Below, one piece after another: positions 63,669 through 64,000 of a stretch of DNA of 64,000 nt. The notes below the pieces were generated by a model that worked only from the letters and a program-made list of their open reading frames with translations, was not told where the DNA came from and ran no database searches. The stretch is from Vicugna vicugna (lineage: Eukaryota). The DNA is taken from the NCBI GenBank assembly GCA_013265495.1, contig MU058584.1:5794407-5858406 (forward strand), read 5' to 3'. A program made the translations under genes and the position numbers. How positions within the stretch are numbered: position 1 is the stretch's first letter; each line of letters opens with the position of its first letter.

Positions 63669-64000
63669 CTGCAAGAAAAAGAAAACCATTAATGTGGACT
63701 AAATGACTTTTAAGGACATATTACAGCTAGAAACCAACATGACTCTATTCAGCAGGGGTTGTAAACTCAATGCCTTCAGGGCCCCCACAATAATCAGAAC
63801 ACAAGCACAGCTTGGTGGCAACTGAGCAGGGGAAGCAAACTGCACCCTCACCCAAAGGGCCCAGCAGCTTCCTCATGCAAGCAGGGAGCAGATAGCTATA
63901 CTTTCAGCTTGCCAGGCTCGTCTTCCAATGTGTCTTGAGAAGCCCCAAACCTAGATACAATGTAAAATTTCCCACTTTGTAAACGTCAGAACTTAATTCA

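Noticed and set aside
1..64000. Prokaryote-type systems (CRISPR arrays, operons, defence systems) or foreign inserted DNA
   Set aside because: No regularly spaced repeats, long intronless ORFs or compositional breaks were seen; the window is explained by a mammalian selectin locus and its repeats.

Overview
Mammalian genomic DNA from the selectin gene cluster, with all three genes on the minus strand in the known order SELE-SELL-SELP. The window holds the last three exons and 3'UTR of SELE (E-selectin, about 60.7-63.7 kb) and the complete 9-coding-exon SELL (L-selectin, CDS 33264-52299, 373 aa after manual splicing). It also holds the 5' part of SELP (P-selectin): ATG exon at 14695-14697, signal, lectin, EGF, CR1 and CR2 exons, and a frameshifted CR3-like exon at the window edge. 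The P-selectin sequence looks cetartiodactyl, and five tRNA-derived SINEs resembling camelid vic-1 suggest a camelid (inference). The remainder is intronic or intergenic, with L1, L2, MIR, ERV LTRs, DNA-transposon MITEs and a roughly 658-bp near-identical tandem duplication. I found no convincing wholly new biological system. The most notable observations are a one-codon deletion in the P-selectin ligand-binding loop (position equivalent to human Arg85), a decayed SELP CR3 exon preceded by an intron that stays open for 176 codons, and an N-glycosylation sequon on the L-selectin shedding site. Also notable are tandem splice donors or intronic poly(A) that could give alternative L-selectin C-termini, and apparent degeneration of proximal SELE poly(A) signals. 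Comparisons with other species come from memory and need checking by alignment. Repeat boundaries are approximate unless TSDs or TIRs are cited.
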